Source: Candidatus Hydrothermarchaeum profundi
GTDB taxonomy: Archaea > Hydrothermarchaeota > Hydrothermarchaeia > Hydrothermarchaeales > Hydrothermarchaeaceae
DNA: 64,000 nt
Direction: 5' to 3'
NCBI GenBank assembly: GCA_002011125.2
Contig: MTMF02000009.1
Location: forward strand, 1,640,989 to 1,704,988
The notes beneath the pieces were generated by a model. The model did not search any database. It saw only the letters and a list, made by a program, of their open reading frames with translations, and was not told the DNA's origin. Made by a program: the position numbers and the translations under genes. The first letter of the stretch is position 1, and the number at the start of each line of letters is the position of its first letter. Of the stretch, positions 41,318-51,454 are shown in pieces.

Positions 41318-42004
41318 TTATCTGCCTATATTTTTCCTATAGTATTCTACTATATCCCTCCCCTCTAAAAAAGTAATTCCTCTTTCCTGTGCATAACGTA
41401 AAGCTTCTTTATAATCTAACGAATTACCATCGTCTCCCATCATCTCACATATAGTAGCTACAGGCGTAAGCCCAGCCATTTGCATGAGGGCTACACTGAG
41501 TTCTGTATGGCCTCTCCTGTCTTCTAATAAGCCTTCTGATGCCCTTAATAAGGTAACATGCCCAGGAGACCTAAAATTCTTTCCAAACTCGTCTTCTTTA
41601 TATCCGTTAAGCAGTTTATCTGCAAGATTTGCTAACTCGCGTATAGTTAAAGCTCTATCGTTATCTGTGATGCCTGTAAAGGTCCTTCTATGGTTAACCG
41701 TGATTGAAAAAGACGATTTCTCGTCGTAAGGTATATCGTTAGCTTCGAGATATTTAAATACCCTATATTTCCTACTAGCATATTTCCAAACATCTACTAT
41801 GAAAGGAATACCAAGTTTATCTGCTATAAGAGGATGCAAAGCTACGCAGATCAATCCTCCACCATCCTTTCTCATAATTCTAATATGTTCTGGCCTAATA
41901 AACCGACTTGCTATCACGAAGTCTGTTTCTTCTTCCCGTCCATCTCCATCGTAAACCAGTATTAGCCTACCAGCCTTTAGCTCTCTGAGAGCCTTTTCTA
42001 TCAT
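41318..42004 (-). CDS. ribB: 3,4-dihydroxy-2-butanone-4-phosphate synthase
   Basis: [35 protein letters not shown]. Confidence 0.96.
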   Translation of the reverse strand: MIEKALRELKAGRLILVYDGDGREEETDFVIASRFIRPEHIRIMRKDGGGLICVALHPLIADKLGIPFIVDVWKYASRKYRVFKYLEANDIPYDEKSSFSITVNHRRTFTGITDNDRALTIRELANLADKLLNGYKEDEFGKNFRSPGHVTLLRASEGLLEDRRGHTELSVALMQMAGLTPVATICEMMGDDGNSLDYKEALRYAQERGITFLEGRDIVEYYRKNIGR

Positions 42005-42669
42005 ACTTCCACCTTCACGCTTACTATATCTCCATCTTTAAGATTAAGGGCTTCTCTAATCTTCTTTGGAGAGATAATCTCAAGTTTATCGAAACCGTGA
42101 TGCGTCCGGTCAGGTATTACTATTGCAGCTTCTAATTCATCTACCCTAGCCCGAAAGCACTTAACCGGACCAAAAGTCCTATCTCCTTGCTTAAACCCCT
42201 GAATCCTGATTCCCCCAAGTTTCTGTAAAGTCTGCCTAATTCTCCTGTCATCTTCGGTTTTAAGCTTGATATTTAGAGTTCCAGGAAAAGGCTCAAAACC
42301 AAGTTTACTTTTAAATTGATCTACATATCCCTTAATTTTCATATAATAACTTCCTTCCCCAAGTCCCGAAACCACCTCCCCGTTTATTATATAAGTGCAA
42401 GGCTCATGCTCTTGTAAAATCTTATCTAACTCTTGGTGCACAGTTCTTAGTACCTCTATCCCTCGAGAAGTTAACTTAATCCTTTGTCCTCTAGGCAGTA
42501 CTTCCCGGACTATATATTCCTCCCTCTCTAGATCCCTAATTTTTCGTGATGCTGTTTGCTGTGAAGAACCAAGGGCATCCGCTAATCTACTCGAGGATAT
42601 CTCAGTCATTTTACTAGCGCATCCCATCCTCGCCAATGCTATGAGATCTAGAATATTCAATATAATCAA
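42001..42669 (-). CDS. ribK: CTP-dependent riboflavin kinase with N-terminal HTH (RbkR-type)
   Basis: [11 protein letters not shown]; SGLGEG.YY, PFPGTLN, P.RTHH. Confidence 0.95.
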   Translation of the reverse strand: MIILNILDLIALARMGCASKMTEISSSRLADALGSSQQTASRKIRDLEREEYIVREVLPRGQRIKLTSRGIEVLRTVHQELDKILQEHEPCTYIINGEVVSGLGEGSYYMKIKGYVDQFKSKLGFEPFPGTLNIKLKTEDDRRIRQTLQKLGGIRIQGFKQGDRTFGPVKCFRARVDELEAAIVIPDRTHHGFDKLEIISPKKIREALNLKDGDIVSVKVEV

Positions 42670-42701
42670 CTCATTTTTGGGTTGCTAATCAATTTTGAGA
42701 A
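42667..42701. promoter_or_regulatory. Candidate autoregulatory operator of ribK-ribB
   Basis: Near-palindrome CAACTCA-TTTT-TGGGTTG plus adjacent TCA-N4-TGA copy over the ribK start region. Confidence 0.5.
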
Positions 42702-42769
42702 AGAGTATATTAACCTTATGTATAAAATTTGTACTTTGAATCAATCAAAAGGCACAATACATCTCTTTC

Positions 42770-43387
42770 TTATAGTTTCTTGTTTGCTAAGAGATGAGCT
42801 AGTCTTATTGGCTCTGGAAGTTTATAATCCCGAATGCAACTTATAGTTAATTTAAGAGCTGAATCAAGTGAAATTTTGTGGCCGGGACTAATATAAATTG
42901 GCCTAACTCCTTTTTTTGGTTTAAATGCATAGCCAACTTTGTTTTTTTGATAAATTATTGGAATAGGCTTCCTTACCTTTATTTCTCCTAGGACTTCCCC
43001 ACACAATAGTTTCTTAGCTACGCCTATAGTAGGAACATTCATCTCGACTCCAACATGAGAGGCAATTCCCATCCCTCTTGGATGAGCTATTCCATGACCG
43101 TCCACCATAAGAATATCGAAATCAATATCCGATAATGCTTCTATAATAGGATATGCTTCTCGGAAGGCAAGAAAAGTTGGGATATAAGGGAATCTTATAT
43201 CTACCTCAGTTACCTTCTTTTCAACTATTTTCAATGAACTAAATTCCAGTACGACAACACCGCATAATGCGGTTCTCCCCCTATATGCTAGATCAGCTCC
43301 TGCAATTAGTTCTTTGTTAAACTCATCTTTTAAAATTACTCTTTTAGCGAGAGCTTGTTGAATTGAGATAAGTCTTTTTTTATCCAT
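42770..43387 (-). CDS. nfi: Endonuclease V
   Basis: FPYIPTFLAFRE, DGHGIAHPR..GIASH, GVAK, YISPGH, LPEP. Confidence 0.95.
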   Translation of the reverse strand: MDKKRLISIQQALAKRVILKDEFNKELIAGADLAYRGRTALCGVVVLEFSSLKIVEKKVTEVDIRFPYIPTFLAFREAYPIIEALSDIDFDILMVDGHGIAHPRGMGIASHVGVEMNVPTIGVAKKLLCGEVLGEIKVRKPIPIIYQKNKVGYAFKPKKGVRPIYISPGHKISLDSALKLTISCIRDYKLPEPIRLAHLLANKKL

Positions 43388-43438
43388 TATAAAATAAAGT
43401 TTAAGAGGTATTTATTTGAGAAACTATTTTTACTAAAA

Positions 43439-43702
43439 TCAAGATTTTTTAGGAGGCTCATAGATGAGGTCTCTTAAAAGAACGATATCTCCTATAGACT
43501 TTATTGCCTTATAGGGTACTATTACTCCTTTTTTCCCTTCGGCACCTATCTTCTTGGAGAAATCGCTATCAAGCTTTGATAATATGATGCCCAGAACTTT
43601 TCCCGTTTCCGGATCTATAGAAACATCTTCCAATACGCCTACATGTTTGCCTCCTTCCGTGAATACTTCCAATCCGCTCATCTTGGTAAGTCGAGAAACC
43701 AT
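43439..43702 (-). CDS. PRC-barrel domain protein
   Basis: G.EVFT..G..VG.LEDV.ID...GKV; VPY..I..IGDIVL. Confidence 0.88.
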   Translation of the reverse strand: MVSRLTKMSGLEVFTEGGKHVGVLEDVSIDPETGKVLGIILSKLDSDFSKKIGAEGKKGVIVPYKAIKSIGDIVLLRDLIYEPPKKS

Positions 43703-43859
43703 ATAATCACCTTTTGATTATAATTGAACTCCTCATTATAAAGGTTTTGTTATTAAAGCGATATTTTGATTGGGAGTACAGAAACAACTTTAAATATATT
43801 TCTCACCATTTCAAAAGACTACAGGAAATTTTAAAGTATTAATTAACAAATTTTAGAAT

Positions 43860-44525
43860 ATGACCACAAAAAAAGAAATAAGCCATATTAAAAACATTTC
43901 ACCCAGATTAAACGATAGGAAGGCTATCACGCTAATTAGCCTTATGAAAAATGGGAGAATTTCGGACACGGAACTAATGGTGCACCTCGGATTAAAAAGT
44001 GCAAATTCGGCTTCGTACTATAGGAAAGATTTAGAAAAACAGGGAATAATTGAGGGATATACTACCTCAGTAAATTGGACAAAGATAGGATACCCTACGG
44101 ACTTTGTTATTTTAATAGAAGGGGGAAGTATGGAAGCGAATTTCAATATAGAGAAGGAGATAATAACATCTCTAGAAGATTACGCCAAGAAAAAAGGAGA
44201 TATTCTTATCTTGCCGAGCGGCAATGGTAGAGTCCTGATCAAAAATATAACTACCTGTTTCGGAGAAAGACCCATGACAATAATTCAGGGCCATGCCTCA
44301 TCAGAGCACGATGCCCTAATATACTTCAGATATTATGTTGCGGAGAAATTCCAAAATGCAAAAACAACTTTCTTGCTGGTGAAGGGTAAAAGTATAGATA
44401 ACCATTTTATCAAAAAGGATTACATAAATTTCATGAAAGGCTCCTTTACTGAAGAGGATACCCTAGAATTGCCCGAGGAGTTCAAAAAACATTTTCCATC
44501 ATTAGCAGCAAAACCAAAGAAATAG
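43860..44525 (+). CDS. Lrp/AsnC-like transcriptional regulator with extended C-terminus
   Basis: L..NGRISDTEL...LG, LEKQGIIEGYT..VNW.KIG. Confidence 0.8.
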   Translation: MTTKKEISHIKNISPRLNDRKAITLISLMKNGRISDTELMVHLGLKSANSASYYRKDLEKQGIIEGYTTSVNWTKIGYPTDFVILIEGGSMEANFNIEKEIITSLEDYAKKKGDILILPSGNGRVLIKNITTCFGERPMTIIQGHASSEHDALIYFRYYVAEKFQNAKTTFLLVKGKSIDNHFIKKDYINFMKGSFTEEDTLELPEEFKKHFPSLAAKPKK

Positions 44526-45242
44526 TTACTCCAACTCTAATTCTTCTCTTCCAAAAACCCTAAATCTTCCATTTGAATACAAAATAGGGAAATATTGCGT
44601 ATCATGATTTGTGCTCCTCATTTTCACTATACCGATATATCTTTCAAGAGCACTAAGCACATCCCCTCTCTTTTGGAAATCTAAATGTATTATTCCATCA
44701 GCTAGGAAATCCTCCACTCCATACTGGCTATATACCGGTCTCTCTGGAGACATTTCAGATATCAAAAAACAGGTTATCCCTGTGGTTTTCAAATCCTTAA
44801 AAAGGTAGTAGAGTTCCCTTCTTGGATCTCTAATAGTTGTTAAAGAGTAAAGAGCGTTAAGGGAATCTATAACCAATAAGTCATATTCCTGTCCTTTTTT
44901 AGCTTCCTCAATATATCCCCTAATCAACCGTATCCAATTGTCCCCGTATTTCTTTTCCATAGCTGCTTGAACCTTCCTAAAATCTACTAGCAGGATATTT
45001 CTGTGATCAGACATTCCGAGTCTCCTCATCTGTTGCATAAGACTCTCTATCTCCTGTTCTAGGGTTATATAGACGGACTTTAGATCTTCATTAACTGCAT
45101 TATTGTAAAGGATACTATATGCAAGAGAAGATTTCATAGTGCCTGCAGTGCCGCAGATTAACGTAATACTCCCCTTTGGAATTCCTCCTTCGATATGTCT
45201 GTCTAAACCTTCAACATAAGTTCTTATTCTAGGCACATCCAT
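44526..45242 (-). CDS. KaiC/RAD55-like ATPase (single domain)
   Basis: GLD..I.GGIP.GS, Walker A GTAGTMKS, YITLE, Walker B LVIDS, FLADGII, KMR; likely ATG 45242. Confidence 0.92.
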   Translation of the reverse strand: MDVPRIRTYVEGLDRHIEGGIPKGSITLICGTAGTMKSSLAYSILYNNAVNEDLKSVYITLEQEIESLMQQMRRLGMSDHRNILLVDFRKVQAAMEKKYGDNWIRLIRGYIEEAKKGQEYDLLVIDSLNALYSLTTIRDPRRELYYLFKDLKTTGITCFLISEMSPERPVYSQYGVEDFLADGIIHLDFQKRGDVLSALERYIGIVKMRSTNHDTQYFPILYSNGRFRVFGREELELE

Positions 45243-45409
45243 ATTATCACGTAAGATTTTTTTTACTTGAAGAATTAAATAGTTTTCCACAAGTAAAAAC
45301 GGTTTGGCACCGATGTTAATATCAAACAGCTACCAAAAGACTACTTCCGTATACCTAATACAACAAGAAATGACTCAAGAAATAATTAAATATTCAATAG
45401 GTTTAGTGA

Positions 45410-46867
45410 ATGGAAAGGATTAGTAAATATCGTAGAGGTAAAAGTTTGACTAATATTCAAAAGGAATTAATAAAAATTGTAGGACCAAAAAATGTCTTTT
45501 CTGAAAAAATTCAGAGATTTTGCTATCGTTTCGGGAATGTGATTGAGTATCGGTTTGATACTCCCTCCTTTTTACCAGATTTTGTGGTAAGACCTGTTTC
45601 AACACAGCAAGTAGCATCTATCCTGAAACTTGCAAACAAGCATCAAATCCCTGTCGTAGTATGGGGAGGTGGTACCGATTTTAGCGGAGCCAATAGTCCG
45701 ATTAAAAACGGGATTGTAATAGATATGAAAGAGTTTAATGAAATACAAGTTGATGTGAAGAGACGGTGTGTTACAGCCGGAAGCGGAGCTATTTTGAAGA
45801 AGATAGGGGAGGAGTGTGAAAATAAAGGATTTTTATTCGAGCATGAACTAACAAGCCAGCCAGGAGCAACTCTAGGAGGTGCGATTGCCACAAACTCATT
45901 TGGCTATAGGTCCGGAAAATATGGGTCCATTAGGAACCTTATACTAGGGATTGAAGTCGTCTTGCCTACAGGGGAGATAATAAAAACTAAGCCCTTGTTC
46001 AAAACATCCATGGGGTATGACCTCGTATCGCTCTTAGTTGGCAGTGAAGGAACATTAGGAGTGATAACTCAGGCTACATTGAAGCTTAGTCCTTTGCCAG
46101 AAAAAAGGGAACTCTATACCTTTGTATTCAGCAGGATAAATCATGCAATAGAAGCTGCTGAAAAAGTATACAACACTATCCCCCCAGATTTATTTGAAAT
46201 TTTTGAAATGAGTTTTTTGGGATATGTAGAGAATACTCAAGAATTTATAGAAGAGCATATTGGTATTCCAAAAAACCTGCTGGACTTAAGTGATGGATTC
46301 CCGGCTATCTTGACTGTAGGATATGAAGGTAAAAAAGAAGTAGTAAATAGTAAGATAAATATTTTGAAAGACTTAATAACCGATGGATTAAGTATTCAAA
46401 ACGAAGGTTACTATGAGAACAGGTTTATTAGGTATCATAAAGAGTTCAGAAAAATCCTCAATCTTCTGCCAAACATTTCATTAAAAGATTACAGCTATGC
46501 TACCTTTGACTTCAGCATCCCTGAAACAAAGTTATTGGAATTTAATGATACTCTTCACGCAATATCTAAAGAATATTCAAATACATATCTATTGGATGTA
46601 AACCTCTATTCAGCGCTTTCTGTCGTGGGTATAGATTTCTTTGTGCCAAATAATAAAGAAGTTTACAAGAATTTGGCTGAGGAAATATTTAGAGTAGTAT
46701 TAGAGCTAGGCGGATCTTTATCTTCTGTCCATGGAATAGGAACTCGGTTAATACCTCACCTTAGAAAAGATTTAGGTGATCCATACGTAGACTTAATGAA
46801 TAGAATAAAGAAAGCCTTTGATCCTTTGAATATCTTAAACCCTGGTAAGCTGGGTAACGTGATGTAA
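45410..46867 (+). CDS. FAD-binding oxidoreductase (GlcD/alkyl-DHAP synthase superfamily)
   Basis: P..VVRP, GGGT, ATLGG, KYG, GYDL..L.VGSEGTLGVIT, HGIG, DP.NILNPGK. Confidence 0.9.
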   Translation: MERISKYRRGKSLTNIQKELIKIVGPKNVFSEKIQRFCYRFGNVIEYRFDTPSFLPDFVVRPVSTQQVASILKLANKHQIPVVVWGGGTDFSGANSPIKNGIVIDMKEFNEIQVDVKRRCVTAGSGAILKKIGEECENKGFLFEHELTSQPGATLGGAIATNSFGYRSGKYGSIRNLILGIEVVLPTGEIIKTKPLFKTSMGYDLVSLLVGSEGTLGVITQATLKLSPLPEKRELYTFVFSRINHAIEAAEKVYNTIPPDLFEIFEMSFLGYVENTQEFIEEHIGIPKNLLDLSDGFPAILTVGYEGKKEVVNSKINILKDLITDGLSIQNEGYYENRFIRYHKEFRKILNLLPNISLKDYSYATFDFSIPETKLLEFNDTLHAISKEYSNTYLLDVNLYSALSVVGIDFFVPNNKEVYKNLAEEIFRVVLELGGSLSSVHGIGTRLIPHLRKDLGDPYVDLMNRIKKAFDPLNILNPGKLGNVM

Positions 46868-46868
46868 A

Positions 46869-47216
46869 ATGGAGGAAAACACCGAACTCATACAACTCTG
46901 TTTGAATACCCGATGCAATTACTGTAGATCTGCGTGTAGAGATTTTAAGAGAAGAAGAATGGAGTTCGGATCTCCAAGAGAAAAAATAGAGATAGTTTAC
47001 GAAGCTCTTAATGGTAGATTGAACCCTAAGGAAGCCTCCGATAATCTTTTCCATTGTATTTCTTGTAAAAAATGCTCATCTGCTTGCCCTTACAACATTG
47101 ATACTTCAAAAATTTTATGGGATAATAGAAGATTATTTGAAAATTGTCCTAGAAAGTATTTCTTCATACTAGCCTATGTCTTCTCCAAGCTCTTCAGAAT
47201 AAGCTACCGGGGCTAA
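46869..47216 (+). CDS. 4Fe-4S dicluster protein (GlcF N-terminal-like, no CCG domains)
   Basis: CLNTRCNYCRSAC, SPR and CISCKKCSSACP. Confidence 0.75.
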   Translation: MEENTELIQLCLNTRCNYCRSACRDFKRRRMEFGSPREKIEIVYEALNGRLNPKEASDNLFHCISCKKCSSACPYNIDTSKILWDNRRLFENCPRKYFFILAYVFSKLFRISYRG

Positions 47217-48329
47217 TATACACCTCGCAGGCAAGTGCCAAGGCTTCTCGCCGTCTAATTTTATATCATTGTCTAAAGATTTGGCCAAAAGTACACCTTT
47301 ATCGAATGTCGGCTCCATGAAACCTAGTTTAGAAAACGCGTTTCTTCTCCATTTAATTCTTCTATCAAAGACACTAGCCACAAAACTATAATTAGGCTTA
47401 GAATCTATGATGTATAAGAGCATATTAGCAGGCACCGTAGAATTTTGAAACTCTCCTACAACCGCAAACTCATCAGGGGTATATCCGTAAAATATTTGCC
47501 AATTATCACTATAAACCGGTTTTCCAAACATCCAGCCGCTCCATGCAGAGATAATGTAGGTTAGTACCCCAATAATCTCGCTGTCTTTCTCAGCTACAAT
47601 ACCTTGGATATTATTATTTTTAATTATTTTACCAAATTTACTTAAAGTATAATTTGCGGCAATTTCGAAATCTTTATTAGTGTTCTCGAGGAGTCTAACA
47701 ATATCCGAGTAATCTGATTTTTCCATAGACCTTAAATGTATATTTTCAGGGAGCCTTCCGACAAACAAACTTTTAGCCTTATTGTAGCCTCTAAGTAACT
47801 TGAAAATTAATCTCCAATACAAATTCGCTTCAGCTCGCCAAAAATAAGGGATCGTTCCTTTTAAGTTAATCCCACTAGAAAACCAATTTACTCCCTTTAT
47901 CCACTTAAATCCAAGCCGCTTGAATAGTTCTTGATTTCTCAAAAAATTCTCCTCAAACTCCCAGCCACATAAGATGCTTACATCTTGGCATCTTAATTCT
48001 GCACTTATATCCGAAAATAAAAGTTCAAATATCCTATTATAATTTTTTCTATAATGTGGGTGAATACAATTGTCTACAAAAGAAGCTATTCTAACGCTCT
48101 CTCCTTTAACTAAAGCATCCAGTAGTATAACCCCTAATGAAGCTATAATTTTATCATCTCTTTCTATTCCTCGTACTACATAGTCGCCAGACATCTTGTA
48201 TCTAAGGATCCACTCATTAGGCACCCTCACATAATCAAATTCCTTTTTATCATAGAATATAGACTCATAAAATAGTTTCAAGAATTCGGCATCTCTTTCT
48301 CGAGAATACTCCACAATTTTGAAACCCAT
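47169..48329 (-). CDS. Tandem GNAT-family acyltransferase
   Basis: CIHPHYRK and LFKRLGF in the first half; LRSMEKSD, VAEKD..IIG and AFSKLGF in the second half. Confidence 0.7.
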   Translation of the reverse strand: MGFKIVEYSRERDAEFLKLFYESIFYDKKEFDYVRVPNEWILRYKMSGDYVVRGIERDDKIIASLGVILLDALVKGESVRIASFVDNCIHPHYRKNYNRIFELLFSDISAELRCQDVSILCGWEFEENFLRNQELFKRLGFKWIKGVNWFSSGINLKGTIPYFWRAEANLYWRLIFKLLRGYNKAKSLFVGRLPENIHLRSMEKSDYSDIVRLLENTNKDFEIAANYTLSKFGKIIKNNNIQGIVAEKDSEIIGVLTYIISAWSGWMFGKPVYSDNWQIFYGYTPDEFAVVGEFQNSTVPANMLLYIIDSKPNYSFVASVFDRRIKWRRNAFSKLGFMEPTFDKGVLLAKSLDNDIKLDGEKPWHLPARCILAPVAYSEELGEDIG

Positions 48330-48409
48330 GTTTAAAAAGCAGACAAAACTTAAATATTAAAGTTCCTTCGAAAAGTTAATTTAGCCCGTCTTCGGGAGTA
48401 GCAGAAAAT

Positions 48410-51388
48410 ATGAAACTCGAAAACTTCCTTATAACTCCTTTAACAATTCTTTTTTTAATTCATAGTGTAACTGCCTACTCATCTTATTATTCAGACATAC
48501 CTTTTTTTATAAAGTTCTATGTGTTAGTTTTGGGTTTGCACCATGCCTCAATGATAGCTTTCCTGTGGGAAATAAAAGGAGTTTCTAAATCGAAAGTGTG
48601 GGATAATATATTCAACGCAAATATATGCGGCATTTTTATTACATTCTCTTTAGCTTTGCTTTTGTATAACCTTTACTTAAATTCTATAAACTGGCGGCAT
48701 CTATTAGTCATCTGTGCGGGATTAGATATAGTAGCTCACATTTTTGCCGATATTACTCTATATTATCTTGTAAAGCCTATTATTAAGGAGAAGCTTAATT
48801 TATTTAAATACAGGTATTTAGCCCTTTACGCAGGAATCACAGGGTCTTTATTCTTCTTGATCATATATAATTTAAAAATAAAATTTCCTACCGTCTCTAC
48901 TGATCTACCTTTTAGCATTCTAGGTTTACTTTTTGCTTTTACAGTTTTTTACTTTGTATATTCCCCTATTATAATTTCTGAGGCATATAGAGAAATAGGT
49001 TTTGTTAGGAAACCATTCTCCCTTGCTGGAATAGGAGCTTTAACATTTGTTATCTCTTCTATATTAGTTTTATATGTGACCTTCTACCATATTGAAACTA
49101 CTATTAGACATCAGCTTTTCTACAATATAGCGATTTATGTTCTGGCATCAATTTTCTCATTGATATTCTATACTAAGTTTATAGTAGAGTATCCATCACT
49201 TCTAGAGAGAAAATGGAAAGCATTAATGCCTTTTGATTTTATTAAAATCGCTACAACTTTAGCTCTATTTTTCTTGGCTGTGTCTCTTTATTTTTCAGCT
49301 GAAAAATATTTGGAATTGCCCTTTAGGCTAGAAATATTATTGCCGGTTCTTTTAGGTTTACTAGCGATTTTTATAACCGTAATTTATATTCTTTCATACA
49401 CAAATAGCATTTATAATAAAAGCAAGCTTGTTTATTGGATATATCTAAAAGCTGGTTTATTTATTCATGTAGCATCTACTCTATATGTGCTAGCACTAAT
49501 TATTCTTTTATGGAAGACCCTGAACAATATAGGTAAATACCTATCATCCTTCTTTATTGTTCTTGTATTTTCATTTTACATTTCTTATGCAATGGATCTG
49601 CGCACAATTTTGAAAAATCTGGGGATAAGAACTCGTCTTACTAAAGCTGAAATCACAGGTAATGCTGTGTTGCTCTATGCTATATTTTTAATAATTTTCT
49701 TCTTTATCCTTTTAACCTATGGGAAAACTTCACTAATTTTATATGATATCCAGATAGAATCCTACCCCTTTCTATTATTTTCAATAGCCGTTTTCTTGGT
49801 TGCATATATAAGTTACCTAAGCGTCACGCACAAGGGATTTGAAGAAATGATGAAAAAAAACATTTGGAGCGAACTAACCTATATATCCGGATTTTTAACT
49901 TTTATTACAGTCTATTTATTATATACCTCAGAAAAAAATGTCCAACTTTTCCTATTTCACGATTTCTTTTTTATAAGCTATTTCGTGATGCTTTTAATCG
50001 AAATTGCGTCAATAAGAACGTTAGGATATCATCCGATACATAAAAAAGGTGAAAAAAGCCTGATGTATCTTTTCTACCATCATACGAGCGCATATTTCAG
50101 GGTAGATTACCTTGAGAAAAAATGGAAAAAAATTGTAGACACATACAAGCATCTAGACAGTAAACTATCTACGATCAAGTACAATCCTGCCAAGAGGTCT
50201 TTTGACCTATCAGAACTAAATGAAAAAGCTAGGACTGTTGTTGCCGTTGCAATGTTGCTTGAAATGTACCAGGATAGGAAGGATTTAGGTAAAGTTACAC
50301 CCCTCGGAGAACGCGATATAAAGAGAGAAATAAAAGAAACCTTGAAAGAAAAGGTACTACTCCTCCCCGCAGATTTAAGATCTAAATTTGATGAAGACGA
50401 ATACTATCCTCTTCTCTATGAGTATGCGATTAATACTATAATCGAAAAAATCAAGCCATTTGTCCCTGTTGAAGAACATCAAGAAATTTTTAACAAACTA
50501 AAAAGGGTAGATGATTTCTTCGAATCATTAGAACTCCGGGATTCCAAAATCAATTTTAAGACTGAAAAAAGAATTTCCAGAAGAAACTTTATAAGATATT
50601 TAAAAATGTATTTGCGTTCCATAGAGGAGAGGTTCCCTTTTGAAGATAAGTTACTGTATGAATCTGTAAAAGAGTTAGTGAATAGAGACCTCTCTAATTA
50701 CGGTTTTTCTGTAGTAGATTTGTTAGACATAGTGCCTTCAGGTATCAATCCTGTAGACCGGATTAGTGGCGGACTAAAAAAAGGTACTATGACCCTTCTA
50801 ATATCTGAAGAAAATAAGTATAAGAACGAATTTCTAGAATCCTTCATACGTCAAGGATTAAAAGACGGTGATTGTAATATTTATGCAACATCAAAACTAC
50901 CCTCACAAGAGATATATAATAATCTTTTAATGGATTTTGAAATTAAAAAAACCACTCTAATAGACCTCTATCAGTCGATATATACAACATCACCAGTATC
51001 TAGCATCAGAGAGGAACCTCATAAAATAATTATACCCCCCACAATCATCTCATGGAAAATTAGCTTAACAAAAGCGGTTAAAAAATATTCAAAAGAAGAA
51101 CATAAAAGAATAGTCATAGACGTATTTAATGATCTCCTGAGGTACTATAACCAAGATGAGATAACCAAAGTTTTATATCGACAGCTTGAGGGACTTCGAA
51201 AGTGGAATTGTACTGTAATAATAGTTCTTTATCCTAAAACATTTCAAGAAAATAAATATGAAGAAATTAAAAAATGGTTTGATAACGTTCTCATTTTAGT
51301 AGGGCGAGAAAAAACTTACTTAAATTTTGATAAACTTCATGGAGGATTGCCAAAAAAGAGGTCAATACCTCTTGAGGAACAGTGGTGA
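48410..51388 (+). CDS. Polytopic membrane protein fused to a degenerate KaiC/RAD55-like domain
   Basis: About 540 aa of successive TM segments; helical linker; C-terminal VPSGI..VD..SGGL..GT with decayed Walker A (ISEENKYK), RIVID and FDNVL. Confidence 0.8.
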   Translation: MKLENFLITPLTILFLIHSVTAYSSYYSDIPFFIKFYVLVLGLHHASMIAFLWEIKGVSKSKVWDNIFNANICGIFITFSLALLLYNLYLNSINWRHLLVICAGLDIVAHIFADITLYYLVKPIIKEKLNLFKYRYLALYAGITGSLFFLIIYNLKIKFPTVSTDLPFSILGLLFAFTVFYFVYSPIIISEAYREIGFVRKPFSLAGIGALTFVISSILVLYVTFYHIETTIRHQLFYNIAIYVLASIFSLIFYTKFIVEYPSLLERKWKALMPFDFIKIATTLALFFLAVSLYFSAEKYLELPFRLEILLPVLLGLLAIFITVIYILSYTNSIYNKSKLVYWIYLKAGLFIHVASTLYVLALIILLWKTLNNIGKYLSSFFIVLVFSFYISYAMDLRTILKNLGIRTRLTKAEITGNAVLLYAIFLIIFFFILLTYGKTSLILYDIQIESYPFLLFSIAVFLVAYISYLSVTHKGFEEMMKKNIWSELTYISGFLTFITVYLLYTSEKNVQLFLFHDFFFISYFVMLLIEIASIRTLGYHPIHKKGEKSLMYLFYHHTSAYFRVDYLEKKWKKIVDTYKHLDSKLSTIKYNPAKRSFDLSELNEKARTVVAVAMLLEMYQDRKDLGKVTPLGERDIKREIKETLKEKVLLLPADLRSKFDEDEYYPLLYEYAINTIIEKIKPFVPVEEHQEIFNKLKRVDDFFESLELRDSKINFKTEKRISRRNFIRYLKMYLRSIEERFPFEDKLLYESVKELVNRDLSNYGFSVVDLLDIVPSGINPVDRISGGLKKGTMTLLISEENKYKNEFLESFIRQGLKDGDCNIYATSKLPSQEIYNNLLMDFEIKKTTLIDLYQSIYTTSPVSSIREEPHKIIIPPTIISWKISLTKAVKKYSKEEHKRIVIDVFNDLLRYYNQDEITKVLYRQLEGLRKWNCTVIIVLYPKTFQENKYEEIKKWFDNVLILVGREKTYLNFDKLHGGLPKKRSIPLEEQW

Positions 51389-51454
51389 CCACAAAAAATA
51401 TTTATTTTAGAAAATAAAGTTAGATAAGTCCCTAGGTTAGATGGAAGTATATCT

